Below, piece by piece: positions 1 through 9,827 of a DNA stretch of 64,000 bases. Below the pieces are notes generated by a model that worked only from the letters and a program-made list of their open reading frames with translations, did no database searches and was not told the origin of the DNA. The DNA is from Hyphomicrobiales bacterium (GTDB taxonomy: Bacteria; Pseudomonadota; Alphaproteobacteria; Rhizobiales; Aestuariivirgaceae). The position numbers and the translations under genes are program-made. Numbering within the stretch: position 1 is the stretch's first letter; every line of letters starts with the position of its first letter. The stretch lies in NCBI GenBank assembly GCA_031418195.1, contig JANOXA010000016.1, positions 4,594 to 68,593 on the forward strand, read 5' to 3'.

Positions 1-324
1 TGGTGGAGAATGCCACAGTTCCAAGGGGTCAGCGGGTTGCACATCATAATGTCCGTAAAACAAGGCATGGGGTGTTTTTGCCGTGGCGTCGGGCGGCGTG
101 TAGTGGGCAACGACCATCGGACAGCCCGGTGTTTCGCGCAAGCTTGCTTCAAAACCCAGCGATTTGAACTCTGCGACCACCCATTTGGCGGCTCGGATGC
201 AATCGGGCTTGTAGGCGGGGTCGGCGGAAATCGAGGGAATGCGCAGGAAATCAAAAAGTCTTTCTATGTTGCGATCCAGATTTGAATCGGCGTCGGCCAG
301 GATGGGTGCAAGGTTTAGCGACAT
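1..324 (-). CDS. M20/M25/M40 family metallo-dipeptidase, N-terminal part (runs off the window start)
   Basis: Manual translation of the minus strand from ATG at 324: MSLNLAPILADADSNLDRNIERLFDFLRIPSISADPAY...PHALFYGHYDVQPADPLELWHSPP. GHYDVQP is the M20 zinc-binding motif. Not in the ORF track because it is truncated. Confidence 0.9.
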   Translation of the reverse strand, partial: MSLNLAPILADADSNLDRNIERLFDFLRIPSISADPAYKPDCIRAAKWVVAEFKSLGFEASLRETPGCPMVVAHYTPPDATAKTPHALFYGHYDVQPADPLELWHSPP

Positions 325-470
325 GGCGGGACTCGGTTGTTGAACTGTGACAGAGGATGCATTGAATTCAGGTTTGGCGCGACTGGTTTCTGCATTGCCG
401 TTGCTTTGGCCCTTGTCGCGCCACAACTGCGCGGTTTAAGTGAGCTTCAAGTTACCAGCGCAGTAAATCA

Positions 471-2024
471 ATGACCGGCGACACCACCTTCAATCTGGCC
501 CGCGACAGCCTGCTTGCCCATGAGGCGCACGCGGGTTTGCGGCGTTTCCGGCGACGTGGCTATCAGCGCTATCGTCAAATCATCGGCAATGTGGACCTTA
601 ACCTGCTGTGGAAGCGCCGCTGGTTTATTGTGGCCATGGTGCTGGGCCTGGCGCTGATGCATGCGCCAACGCCGGCGGGCCTGACCCACAACGGTCAAGT
701 CGTGCTGGTCATGTCGCTGATGGCGACGCTGATGTTTGTGACAGAACCTGTGCCGTTGCCATCTGTTGCGCTGATGATAGTGGTGGGACAGGTAGTGTTC
801 CTCGGCCTCGATTCATCCACAGTGGCGCGAAGTTTAATGACGGACTCGGTGCTGTTCATTATGGGTTCGCTGATGCTTGCGGTGGCAGTGGTGAAACAGA
901 AACTCGACAAGCGCATTGCCTTGGCCATTGTGCGGGTGACCGGCACAAGCGTGTTCTGGATCAGCTTTGGCATTACCGTGGTGTGCGGGGTGTTGGCCTC
1001 GTTCATCGGTGAACACACGGTTGCTGCCATGATGCTGCCAGTTGGCGTAACCCTGATCAGCCTCACTTCCAGTGATGGGGCCAAGGTCAAGAATCTTGCG
1101 GCAGTATTGCTGCTGTCGATTTCCTATGGCTGCGCCATCGCAGGCATTGGCACGCCATCAGGCGGCGCACGAAATGCCATCATGATCGGCTACTGGCGGG
1201 AATTCTTTTACGATCCGACAAATCCTGAAACCCGGCGTTACCTGATGGATTACCTGACATGGATGCTTTACGCTTATCCGATGTTTTTGATCCAGTTGCC
1301 GATTGTTTCAGCCCTGTTGTTCTGGACATTCAAGCCGGAATACAAAGACCTTTCGCGGGCTGTGGCACGGCTTCGCACGCAAGTGGCCATGGACGGTCCA
1401 TTGGGGCCGCGGGGCTGGTCCTCGATTTTATTGTTCGTCGGCACCATCATTGGCTGGATTGCTTTTTCTGAAAGCCTTGGCCTTGGCATTGTGGCTATCA
1501 GTGGGGCCATTGCTTTTCTGGTGGCAGGCCTGGTGCGTTGGGAAGATATCAATAGCGGCGTAAACTGGGGCGTGGTGTTGCTCTATGCAGCGGCCATATC
1601 GCTGGGCTTGCAAATGAAAGATACAGGTGCTGCTGAATGGGTGGCGCGCACGTTCATCAGTGCACTGACGCCTTTGGGTTTGGGTGAAGGTGCCGGGCTT
1701 GCCGGGGCCGTGGCCGTTCTTACGACCATTGTCACCAATACCATGACTGCTGGTGCAGCGGTTGCCGTGCTTGGACCTGTGGTTTTGAAAACTGCGAGCG
1801 TATCGGGAGCCGACCCCTTGAACATCGGTTTTGTTACCGCCATTTCATCGGCCTTTGCCTATCTCACGGCAGCGGCGCATCCGGCTTTTACCATCATCTA
1901 CGCCTCAGGCTATCTCAAGGCATCAGATTTTTTCAGGTCAGGCTGGCGCATGACGATCATCTCACTGGTATTGATCATCGGCATGTCGCTGTTTTATTGG
2001 CCGCTGCTCAAGGGGTTGAACTAG
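471..2024 (+). CDS. SLC13/DASS family di-/tricarboxylate or sulfate transporter
   Basis: 517 aa, many TM helices; motifs FIGEHTVAAMMLP and GIGTPSGGARNAI are typical DASS hairpin loops. Confidence 0.85.
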   Translation: MTGDTTFNLARDSLLAHEAHAGLRRFRRRGYQRYRQIIGNVDLNLLWKRRWFIVAMVLGLALMHAPTPAGLTHNGQVVLVMSLMATLMFVTEPVPLPSVALMIVVGQVVFLGLDSSTVARSLMTDSVLFIMGSLMLAVAVVKQKLDKRIALAIVRVTGTSVFWISFGITVVCGVLASFIGEHTVAAMMLPVGVTLISLTSSDGAKVKNLAAVLLLSISYGCAIAGIGTPSGGARNAIMIGYWREFFYDPTNPETRRYLMDYLTWMLYAYPMFLIQLPIVSALLFWTFKPEYKDLSRAVARLRTQVAMDGPLGPRGWSSILLFVGTIIGWIAFSESLGLGIVAISGAIAFLVAGLVRWEDINSGVNWGVVLLYAAAISLGLQMKDTGAAEWVARTFISALTPLGLGEGAGLAGAVAVLTTIVTNTMTAGAAVAVLGPVVLKTASVSGADPLNIGFVTAISSAFAYLTAAAHPAFTIIYASGYLKASDFFRSGWRMTIISLVLIIGMSLFYWPLLKGLN

Positions 2025-2025
2025 C

Positions 2026-3039
2026 ATGCTCGGGCTTTTCAAACGTACCACACTGAGCGGCAGGCAGGAAGCGGCGGTTCAGAAAACGCTTTCCAACTTG
2101 CGCCAGATCAGGCGCAATCGGTTTCGGGTTCTGGCTTGCATTGATGGCAGCGAAGCGGGCTTGAACTGCGTGCGTTTTGCCGCCAGTTTTGCCGTTACCA
2201 ACGATAGCGACATCATCAATCTGTTTGTCAGGCCGATTGATCAGGGGCTGCATTCCGGCGGTTTGCAGGTGCGGCTGGCGCGTGAAAACATGATGGATGC
2301 GGGCTTTGAACTGCCCGGCGTCAAACATCTCAAGGCATCACTCGCGATCTTGAAAGAAGTAGGAATCGATGTGAACGCCTGGTCAACGTCAGGAGCCCAT
2401 GAAAGTGCCTGGGGCGATGCTGCTGGTGATACCAAAGTTGAATATCGCAGTGCCGAAGGTCGCAGCGTCGTATTGAAACTCAAAACTGCACCTGACGTGG
2501 CGGGGGGCATTCTCGATCAATATGAGCTTGGGCCCTACAACCTGATGATCATTGGTGAGCCTTCCCATTGGCGCAGCGAGTTCATGGCGTTCTTCGAGGC
2601 GGGCATTGTGCAAACCGTTACCACCATGGCGCCCTGCTCTGTGCTGGTTGCGAGGGCCAGTCTGGATCGGCGGGGCTTTTTCATCTGCACGGATGGTACG
2701 TCGCGCTCACTCCAGGCAGTGCGCCGAGCTTCAGTGCTGGCCCATATGGTAGGCGAACCGATCACCTTGTTTTCAGTGGCACCGGATGAAGCGGCAAAAC
2801 CTGCCGCCGAAGAGGCTGTGGCCAATGCCAAAGCCCTGCTCAAGGCGATGAAAATCACCGTGCATGAAACCAAGACTGCCGTTGGCAATGCTTTGCAGGA
2901 AATTGTTGAGCGTGGGTCGCTTTACCGACTGATCACGGTAACTGACGAAGGTCGCAGCCGCCTGCAGCGCCTGATGAAAGGTTCACTGGCCAGCGATGTT
3001 GTGCGTCATGCGCGAACCAGTGTGCTTGATGTGAGATAG
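2026..3039 (+). CDS. Universal stress protein with tandem USP domains
   Basis: Two USP-like starts (VLACIDGSEAG, FFICTDGTSRS) and C-terminal GSLASDVVRHARTSVLDVR; starts 1 bp after the transporter stop. Confidence 0.85.
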   Translation: MLGLFKRTTLSGRQEAAVQKTLSNLRQIRRNRFRVLACIDGSEAGLNCVRFAASFAVTNDSDIINLFVRPIDQGLHSGGLQVRLARENMMDAGFELPGVKHLKASLAILKEVGIDVNAWSTSGAHESAWGDAAGDTKVEYRSAEGRSVVLKLKTAPDVAGGILDQYELGPYNLMIIGEPSHWRSEFMAFFEAGIVQTVTTMAPCSVLVARASLDRRGFFICTDGTSRSLQAVRRASVLAHMVGEPITLFSVAPDEAAKPAAEEAVANAKALLKAMKITVHETKTAVGNALQEIVERGSLYRLITVTDEGRSRLQRLMKGSLASDVVRHARTSVLDVR

Positions 3040-3060
3040 AAATCGCATTGCAGCCAATGC

Positions 3061-3168
3061 TTCGAGGCCGCGAAGGCGCGGCACCTCAGCATGAGGAGTG
3101 GTGGGAGTCAGGCGACTGATCCACACACTCCACCTCACCCAGAGGTGCTCGCCCTTGCGAGCCTCGAA
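3061..3168. repeat. Palindromic REP-like intergenic element between convergent genes
   Basis: Ends ttcgaggc...gcctcgaa with internal gcacctcagcatgagg / cctcacccagaggtgc arms; resembles Rhizobiales intergenic palindromes. Confidence 0.6.
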
Positions 3169-3177
3169 AGGTGCGCT

Positions 3178-3999
3178 TCAAGCATTCTCGCCTTCGGCAT
3201 CAAGATATTCATTGAGATGCTCGAGGTTTTCAAATCGCATCCAGCCTTCATCGGTTTCAGCTTCCACCGTATTGTCAGAAAGCACGCGGGCAGGACGGCC
3301 GCGGATGGTTTTTTCCTCAAGCACATAGAGTTCGCCTTCTGCGGCAACTTCTTCTTCCGCTTCAGGTTCATCAATTTCTTCGACCTCTTCGATTGTTTTA
3401 ACGATGGCAGGTGGTGGCTCAGCAATTGTTGCAACACCACCCAAGGCGTTGTTGATGTCGCTCTTGGCTTTTTCAAGTGCTTCAATGGTTTCCTGTACGG
3501 ATGGCGTTACATTCGCTACTGGAGCAATCACGGCTTCAGTGGTTGCAGCAACCGCACCTGTCGCAACAGCAGTGGTCGCAGCGATGCGACGGCCAAAGCC
3601 AGGGAACCGGATGCGACTGGGTTGTTCAACCGGGACATCGACCAACTCTGGCACCGCTGCCGGTACTAACTCTGGTACCGGCAGTGGTTCAGGGGCTCTT
3701 GGAACAAATACATTTTTCAAATCAGGCTTGGCCACGACCTTCACTTCAGGCTCTGAGGCTTCGATGACTTCAACAACTTCTTCAGCCATGAGGTGTGGTT
3801 TGGAATGGTTCATGTGCTCAACAGCACCAATCAGTGCACCGAGGCCAAGAGACAGCACCCCGCCGACGCCCATGATGGCAGCAGTATCCATTGACACACC
3901 CAGTATCTGGGTTTGGGCCGGATTGACGATACCGACAACGGCCAAGGCAACACCTATCGCCAATAATATTATGCCCAGCACAGACATGAGTTTCGACAT
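3178..3999 (-). CDS. Hypothetical membrane-anchored protein (two N-terminal TM helices, Pro/Glu/Ala-rich linker, small acidic C-terminal domain)
   Basis: 273-aa ORF with host-like codon use and a hydrophobic N-terminus; C-terminus YVLEEKTIRGRPARVLSDNTVEAETDEGWMRFENLEHL. Confidence 0.7.
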   Translation of the reverse strand: MSKLMSVLGIILLAIGVALAVVGIVNPAQTQILGVSMDTAAIMGVGGVLSLGLGALIGAVEHMNHSKPHLMAEEVVEVIEASEPEVKVVAKPDLKNVFVPRAPEPLPVPELVPAAVPELVDVPVEQPSRIRFPGFGRRIAATTAVATGAVAATTEAVIAPVANVTPSVQETIEALEKAKSDINNALGGVATIAEPPPAIVKTIEEVEEIDEPEAEEEVAAEGELYVLEEKTIRGRPARVLSDNTVEAETDEGWMRFENLEHLNEYLDAEGENA

Positions 4000-4060
4000 G
4001 TTTACCCTCCGGCCAAATTTGGAAAAGGCATGACCTTCCCCGGTTCACCGTCCTTTTTGG

Positions 4061-4086
4061 CTAACCGATGGTTAACATGGACTTAA
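4061..4086 (-). promoter_or_regulatory. Tandem CtrA-binding boxes upstream of the 3999 gene
   Basis: Minus strand reads TTAA-gtccatg-TTAAC-catcgg-TTAG: an exact TTAA-N7-TTAAC plus an overlapping TTAA-N7-TTAG. Confidence 0.65.
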
Positions 4087-4113
4087 GGCGATGTCCAAGT
4101 GATCGAAAAGCCA

Positions 4114-5211
4114 TCAACTTTCGATGACAATGCGGGGGGCAGGCCTGCTGAGTGCCCCAGAATCCACGGTTACCCAGATTTGCCGTGCAATATCGCGGTA
4201 GATTGCAGCATGTTGCGAATCGGGCAAAGTCGCAACAATTGGCTCGCCGCTATCAGAACGGCGGCGCACTTCCATATCAAGTGGCACTTCCCCGAGGAAC
4301 GGAACGCCCATCCGCTCTGCTTCGGCTTTGGCACCGCCATGGCTGAAAATATCATGGCGCTCACCGCATTTTCCACAGATGAAGTAACTCATGTTTTCGA
4401 CAATGCCGAGAATTGGCACGCTGGTTTTGCGAAACATGTTGAGGCCCTTGCGCGCATCAATGAGTGCAAGATCTTGCGGGGTTGAAACAATCACGGCACC
4501 CGACAACGGCGTTTGCTGGGCGAGTGTCAATTGCGCATCGCCGGTTCCCGGTGGCATGTCAACGATCATGATATCGGTTTCTGACCATTCGACTTCACGC
4601 AACAACTGGGTGAGGGCCGACATTACCATGGGGCCACGCCAGATCATCGGCGTGTCTTCTTCAACCAGAAATCCGATCGATGCCACTTCGACCCCAAAGC
4701 GTGTCATAGGCTTCATCCGCTTGCCTTCGGCATCGCTGGTCAAGGGTTTGCCGGACAGGCCAAACAACCGGGGCATGGACGGCCCATAGATATCGGCGTC
4801 GAGCACGGCAACATTTAACCCGAGACTTTTCAATCCCAAGGCAATGTTGATGGCCGTCGTGGATTTGCCCACACCGCCCTTGCCGGATGCAACGGCGACA
4901 ATATGTTTGACGCCAGGAACTGCGCCGCTGCGTTGGGTTGGTTTGGGCGGCGCGGATGCTGATTTTTCGGCGGTCAATACGACCAAGGCTTTTTTCACGC
5001 CGGGAATGGCCAGAACTGCTTTCTGCACAACCTCCTGCAGTTGTTCCATACTTCGCATGTGTTGGGGATGGGCAGTGAGAGCAAATGTCACATCACCGCC
5101 TGTGATGACGACATCCGAAACAAGGCCTGCAGAAACGATGTTGCCCCGGCCATCAGGTGCTGCAATGCGCTTAAGCTCCGCCAATATCAAGTCAGCCGTT
5201 AGTGATGTCAT
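4114..5211 (-). CDS. mrp: Mrp/NBP35 (ApbC) Fe-S cluster carrier ATPase
   Basis: VAVASGKGGVGKST Walker A, DADIYGPS, DMPPGTGD, ENMSYFICGKC. Confidence 0.95.
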   Translation of the reverse strand: MTSLTADLILAELKRIAAPDGRGNIVSAGLVSDVVITGGDVTFALTAHPQHMRSMEQLQEVVQKAVLAIPGVKKALVVLTAEKSASAPPKPTQRSGAVPGVKHIVAVASGKGGVGKSTTAINIALGLKSLGLNVAVLDADIYGPSMPRLFGLSGKPLTSDAEGKRMKPMTRFGVEVASIGFLVEEDTPMIWRGPMVMSALTQLLREVEWSETDIMIVDMPPGTGDAQLTLAQQTPLSGAVIVSTPQDLALIDARKGLNMFRKTSVPILGIVENMSYFICGKCGERHDIFSHGGAKAEAERMGVPFLGEVPLDMEVRRRSDSGEPIVATLPDSQHAAIYRDIARQIWVTVDSGALSRPAPRIVIES

Positions 5212-5262
5212 AGGGAGTTTCCTTTTGCCCGCATATAGTGAGAGCCAAAGCCAAGAGCAAGG

Positions 5263-5277
5263 TTAGTCGTTGGTTAA
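5263..5277 (-). promoter_or_regulatory. Near-consensus CtrA box between divergent mrp and the histidine kinase
   Basis: ttag-tcgttgg-ttaa, read as TTAA-N7-CTAAC on the minus strand. Confidence 0.45.
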
Positions 5278-5323
5278 TCGAGTTCCCGCAACTTGATGTT
5301 AGTTGAACATGGCACCTTAGCAC

Positions 5324-6934
5324 TTGTCTGGCATGATGAAGACTTGGGAACTTTTAAAGTCGTGGGTCATGTCAACAAAATCGCCTGAAGTGTCTGCACT
5401 GGATCGCCGAAATTTTCATGCAACGGAACATGAAAGCCTGCGCGCCGCTTTGCATTTGTCACCGCAAGCCGGCAATGAAAAGGACAAGCAGGGCCCCAAG
5501 TTGGCCGTGGCAGAAATTTGGCAAAGTGAATTGCTGGAATTGTTTTTGCGCAACCAGATGAACCTTGCCCCTGTCATGCCGCTTTTGACAGCATTGATGG
5601 CTCTTACCTCACTTCTTTGGGTGCCGGCTTACACGGTTGTTGGTTGGTTGATCGGCACACTGGGTTGCCATTCCGTGCAACTATATTTGTGCAACCGCTA
5701 CTTCGCGAAACCACGCACTGCTGCCGAGCAGCGCGACTGGATCGGCATGATCTCCGCGTCTGAGCTGTTCCAGGGAACATTCTGGGTTATGCCGCTTTTC
5801 TTCTTTTGGCCCCACTCAAACCCCTTGCAAAGTGCCTTCCTTGTGGCAGCCATCATGGCGGTAATTGTGGTGCGCTTGCTGGTGGTTTCAAACTTCATGC
5901 CTGTGCTTGTAGCTGGAACCGGCGTTATCAGCATTGGCCTTGCCTTACGCTGCATTGCCGAAGGAGAATATGTTTACTTTGCCATGTCGGCGCTTGTTAT
6001 CATGCTGGAAGTGTTTTTCCTGTTTGTATCGCGGCAACTTCAAGACACGGCCCGCGACCGACTGATTTTCCGTGCCGAGAAAGACCACCTGATTACTGAG
6101 TTGGAACAAGAGCGAGATCGCGCAGAAGCCGAGCGACGCAAGGCCGAGGAAGCCAGCATCGCCAAATCCGCTTTCCTGGCCAACATGAGCCATGAACTGC
6201 GCACGCCACTCAATGCCATTCTTGGTTTTTCGGAAGTGTTGCAACATGAGTTGTTTGGGCCATTGGCCAACCACAACTACAAGGAATATGCTGGCGACAT
6301 CCACTCCTCCGGCCGTTATCTTCTAGGCCTCATCAACGATATTCTGGACCTCTCGCGGATTGAAGCGGGTCGCCGCGACATCCACGAAGAACCAGTGCGC
6401 GTCGCTGAATGTCTCGAGGATGCCAATCACCTGCTGGAAGCCAAGGCCATTGAAAAATCCATTTCAATTTCCGTTGAGGTTCCTGACAACCTGCCGAAAT
6501 TGATGTGTGATCGACGTGCCATCAATCAAGTCACCATTAATTTGCTCAACAATGCCCTCAAGTTCACACCAAAAGGTGGCACCGTCAAACTTGAAGCGCG
6601 GCTTGAGCCCAATGGACAATTGGCGCTTTCAGTAAAGGACAATGGACCGGGGATCCCTTACTTTGAGCAACAGCAACTGTTGAGCGCTTTCTCACGCGGT
6701 GCCTTGGCCACCAAACAAGCCATCGAAGGTGCGGGCCTTGGGTTGCCCATCGTCAAGGGTTTGCTGGAAGTGCATGGCGGGAAACTTGAAATCAAATCGG
6801 AACCGGGCAAGGGCACCGAGATTATCTGCCTGTTTCCTGCCGAGCGTGTTTTGTCTGGTCCGCGGGGCGAAGCCATCGCCTCCTCCGTTGTCAAAACCGA
6901 TACACACCGGAAGCTGATTTCAATTACCGGGTGA
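5324..6934 (+). CDS. Membrane sensor histidine kinase, PleC/DivJ (PdhS)-like; start may be ATG 5333
   Basis: About 5 TM helices, coiled coil, H-box KSAFLANMSHELRTPLNAILGFSEV, N-box NLLNNALKFT, G-boxes DNGPGI and GAGLGL. Confidence 0.9.
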   Translation: MSGMMKTWELLKSWVMSTKSPEVSALDRRNFHATEHESLRAALHLSPQAGNEKDKQGPKLAVAEIWQSELLELFLRNQMNLAPVMPLLTALMALTSLLWVPAYTVVGWLIGTLGCHSVQLYLCNRYFAKPRTAAEQRDWIGMISASELFQGTFWVMPLFFFWPHSNPLQSAFLVAAIMAVIVVRLLVVSNFMPVLVAGTGVISIGLALRCIAEGEYVYFAMSALVIMLEVFFLFVSRQLQDTARDRLIFRAEKDHLITELEQERDRAEAERRKAEEASIAKSAFLANMSHELRTPLNAILGFSEVLQHELFGPLANHNYKEYAGDIHSSGRYLLGLINDILDLSRIEAGRRDIHEEPVRVAECLEDANHLLEAKAIEKSISISVEVPDNLPKLMCDRRAINQVTINLLNNALKFTPKGGTVKLEARLEPNGQLALSVKDNGPGIPYFEQQQLLSAFSRGALATKQAIEGAGLGLPIVKGLLEVHGGKLEIKSEPGKGTEIICLFPAERVLSGPRGEAIASSVVKTDTHRKLISITG

Positions 6935-7024
6935 TGCCAAACAATATATAGGCTGGTCCTGCACTGCTTTTGACGATGACCTCATCGCAAATGGGGTGAA
7001 CGTTATTGATCAGCAGGTGGCCCC

Positions 7025-8542
7025 ATGTCTTTCACACGTCTCGATGAACTTTGTCATAAACTTGCATCCCTGTCCCATGCCATTTCGATGTTGGGTGTCG
7101 ATGAAGCCGTCATGATGCCGGCAGGTGGTGGGGAAAAGCGGGCCGAGGCCATGGCTGCGCTGGAAGGCATGTATCATGAAATGGCCACGGCTCCCGTGGT
7201 CATGGAATGGATTGCCAAGGCTGAAAGCCAAGAGCTGGATGGCATGCAACGCATTGCCGTCATGGAATTGAAACGCAGTACGATCAACCGCACGTGTTTA
7301 TCAGCGGACTTTGTGCGAAAGCAAACAGGGCAGCGCCTGCGCTCCGAACAGTTGTGGCGGCTGCTGCGACCGAGTGGTGATTGGAAAACCTTTCAACCTG
7401 CCCTCGCCGCCGTCATTGACACGATGCGCGAAGAGGCGGCACTGCGGGCCGAAGCGTTGGGCCTTTCACCCTATGATGCGCTGGCAGAACAATATGATCC
7501 CGGTGCAAGGGTGGCTGATATCACGCCGGTGTTTGCCCATCTCAAGTCATTCTTGAAAGATTTTATTCCCGAAGCCGTCGAGAAGCAAAAGCAGCGTTTG
7601 GCTGCCCATCCCCTGAAACCACTCGCGGCAACCTACTCCATTGATGCGCAAAAGGCGCTTGGCATGGAGGTGATGCGGGCGCTGGGTTTTGATTTCAACC
7701 ATGGCCGCTTGGATGTGTCGCATCATCCGTTCTGCGGTGGCGTTCCCTCGGATGTGCGGATGACGACGCGTTATCGCAGCGATGAATTCTTGTCGGCGCT
7801 GATGGGCATCATGCATGAAACCGGACATGGACTTTATGAGCAGGGCTTGCCCCCGGCATGGCATCATTGGCCATCGGGCCATGCACGCGGCATGGCGATG
7901 CACGAGAGCCAGAGCCTGTTTGTGGAAAAGCAGATCGGCCGCAATCCGGCCTTCTGGGATTGGGCTTTGCCACTGTTGCGGAAACATTTTGGTGCCGCAT
8001 TTGAAGGTTGGAGCAAGCAGGACGTGCTGGGCCATGTGCACCAGGTCAAGCCCGGACTTATTCGTGTGGATGCCGATGAAGTTACCTATCCCATGCATGT
8101 CATCCTGCGCTTTGAACTGGAGCAGGAACTGGTTTTCGGCAAGCTGAAAACATCAGACATTCCAGAGGCCTGGAATGACAAGATGACCCAATATCTGAAC
8201 CTCTCAACCAGCGACAACATGCGCGATGGCCCGATGCAGGACGTGCACTGGCCCGCCGGGTCGTTTGGATACTTTCCCAGTTATACTTTGGGGGCTTTGA
8301 TGGCGGCGCAACAATGGGCGGCAATGGCGCGGGAAAATCCGGGCATCAATGAAGACGTTGCCAAGGGTGAGTTTGGCGCGATCACAGAATGGCGGCGGAA
8401 AAACATCTGGTCAAAAGCTTCCACAGGATCGACGCCTGACTTGCTGAAACAGGCGACGGGAGAGGCGTTGAATGCTGAGTATTTCATCCGGCATTTGAAG
8501 GGGCGGTATGGGGCGAGAGAGCACCACCAAGTGCTTCCCTAA
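7025..8542 (+). CDS. Carboxypeptidase M32 (Taq family)
   Basis: HPFCGG, HETGH (HExxH), HESQS, IRVDADEVTY, QDVHWPAGSFGYFPSYTLG. Confidence 0.95.
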   Translation: MSFTRLDELCHKLASLSHAISMLGVDEAVMMPAGGGEKRAEAMAALEGMYHEMATAPVVMEWIAKAESQELDGMQRIAVMELKRSTINRTCLSADFVRKQTGQRLRSEQLWRLLRPSGDWKTFQPALAAVIDTMREEAALRAEALGLSPYDALAEQYDPGARVADITPVFAHLKSFLKDFIPEAVEKQKQRLAAHPLKPLAATYSIDAQKALGMEVMRALGFDFNHGRLDVSHHPFCGGVPSDVRMTTRYRSDEFLSALMGIMHETGHGLYEQGLPPAWHHWPSGHARGMAMHESQSLFVEKQIGRNPAFWDWALPLLRKHFGAAFEGWSKQDVLGHVHQVKPGLIRVDADEVTYPMHVILRFELEQELVFGKLKTSDIPEAWNDKMTQYLNLSTSDNMRDGPMQDVHWPAGSFGYFPSYTLGALMAAQQWAAMARENPGINEDVAKGEFGAITEWRRKNIWSKASTGSTPDLLKQATGEALNAEYFIRHLKGRYGAREHHQVLP

Positions 8543-8584
8543 AATTTGTATTGACAACCGACTGTACAATACTATTTTTAGCGA

Positions 8585-8893
8585 ATGTTAGAAAGCGTGG
8601 CCGGCTTTGATTGGGACAATGGTAATCTGGCGAAATGCCAGAGGCACGGCGTTTCAATTGACGAGATTGAGGCTGTATTTGATGCTTCGGTCATTGTTTC
8701 GCCGGACCTGCTCCATTCAGAATTTGAACAACGTTTGATCGCAATCAACCGAAACACTTCTGGTAGGCCCATTTTCGTGGCGTTCACACTGCGTGAATTC
8801 GAAAGCGGCACATTCATAAGACCTGTCAGTGCACGTTACATGCATATTGAGGAAGCAAATCGCTATGAGAAAAGTGCCCATACTGAGAACTGA
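8585..8893 (+). CDS. BrnT family toxin (DUF497)
   Basis: FDWDNGNLAKCQRHGVSIDEIE...IRPVSAR signature. Confidence 0.9.
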   Translation: MLESVAGFDWDNGNLAKCQRHGVSIDEIEAVFDASVIVSPDLLHSEFEQRLIAINRNTSGRPIFVAFTLREFESGTFIRPVSARYMHIEEANRYEKSAHTEN

Positions 8894-9110
8894 CGAAGAA
8901 GCGGAAGCATTCCTCGAACAAGACTTGTCTGATCTCGACTTTTCGCAATTCAAACCCGTCAAATTCGAATTCGCAGCGAAAGACCAACGCCTCAACATGC
9001 GCCTGCCGCTCAGCTTGCTGGAAGCCGTAAAGAAGAAGGCGAAAGCCGAAGGCTTGCCGTATCAGAGGTATATCCGGGCAGCACTGGAAAAAGCGGTAAC
9101 AGGGAAGTGA
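8865..9110 (+). CDS. BrnA/CopG-like antitoxin
   Basis: True start is probably ATG 8865 (MRKVPILRTDEEAEAFL); RHH-like LNMRLPLSLLEAVKKKAKAEGLPYQRYIR; overlaps brnT. Confidence 0.85.
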   Translation: MRKVPILRTDEEAEAFLEQDLSDLDFSQFKPVKFEFAAKDQRLNMRLPLSLLEAVKKKAKAEGLPYQRYIRAALEKAVTGK

Positions 9111-9122
9111 CTTTGACGGCTG

Positions 9123-9150
9123 GCCATATCCCATGATATGGCTAGCCATA
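9123..9150. promoter_or_regulatory. Probable vapBC autoregulatory operator (two palindromes)
   Basis: gccatatc-ccat-gatatggc (9123-9142) and tatggctagccata (9137-9150), just downstream of TTGACG (9113-9118) and abutting the ATG. Confidence 0.6.
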
Positions 9151-9395
9151 TGAAAACCACTGTCCAGATTCCGGATGCACTTTTGGCTGATGTCAAAAGG
9201 ATTGCTGCAAAGCGTAAAACCACTTTGAAATCTCTTATCGATGAGGGGCTGCGGCTTGTCATTGACAATGAACAAAAGAAGAAAAAGCCCTTCAAGCTCA
9301 AAGACTGCTCTGTAGGAGACCCAAACGCGCCTTGGCCGTTAGAAGGCAAGTCTTGGGACGAAATTCTCGCGCTCGCATATGGTGATCGAGGGTGA
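9150..9395 (+). CDS. VapB-type antitoxin (DUF2191-like RHH)
   Basis: MKTTVQIPDALLADVKRIAAKRKTTLKSLIDEGLR; overlaps the vapC start. Confidence 0.85.
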   Translation: MKTTVQIPDALLADVKRIAAKRKTTLKSLIDEGLRLVIDNEQKKKKPFKLKDCSVGDPNAPWPLEGKSWDEILALAYGDRG

Positions 9396-9826
9396 TCGTA
9401 GTTGATACGAATATATTGGTTTACGCCTACCGGAGTGAATCTCCATTTCACCGTGCAGCCAGCAATGTAGTTAGAGACTTGGCAGAGGGCCCCAACATCT
9501 GGGGTATTGCATGGCCCAGTGCGCATGAGTTCATCAGTGTGGTGACAAATCCTAAAATCTTCAAAACTGACACTGAACTGGAATTGGCTTTTGCACAGTT
9601 ATTGGCTTGGCACAGTTCCGGCCGTCACGAATTTCTGGCAGAAACGGGCACGCACTTGGATGTCATTCAAACATTGGCTATTGCGGGATCCATAAAAGGA
9701 GCAAAAATCCACGACGCCCGCATTGCGGCGATTTGTTTGCAACATGGGGTGACGGAACTTTGGACAGCAGATAGGGATTTTTCACGGTTTCCGAAGCTGA
9801 AGACGCGGAACCCGTTGGTGGGGTGA
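9392..9826 (+). CDS. VapC PIN-domain ribonuclease toxin
   Basis: VVDTNILVYA...EF...IHDARIAA...WTADRDFSRF acidic PIN motifs. Confidence 0.92.
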   Translation: MIVVDTNILVYAYRSESPFHRAASNVVRDLAEGPNIWGIAWPSAHEFISVVTNPKIFKTDTELELAFAQLLAWHSSGRHEFLAETGTHLDVIQTLAIAGSIKGAKIHDARIAAICLQHGVTELWTADRDFSRFPKLKTRNPLVG

Positions 9827-9827
9827 G

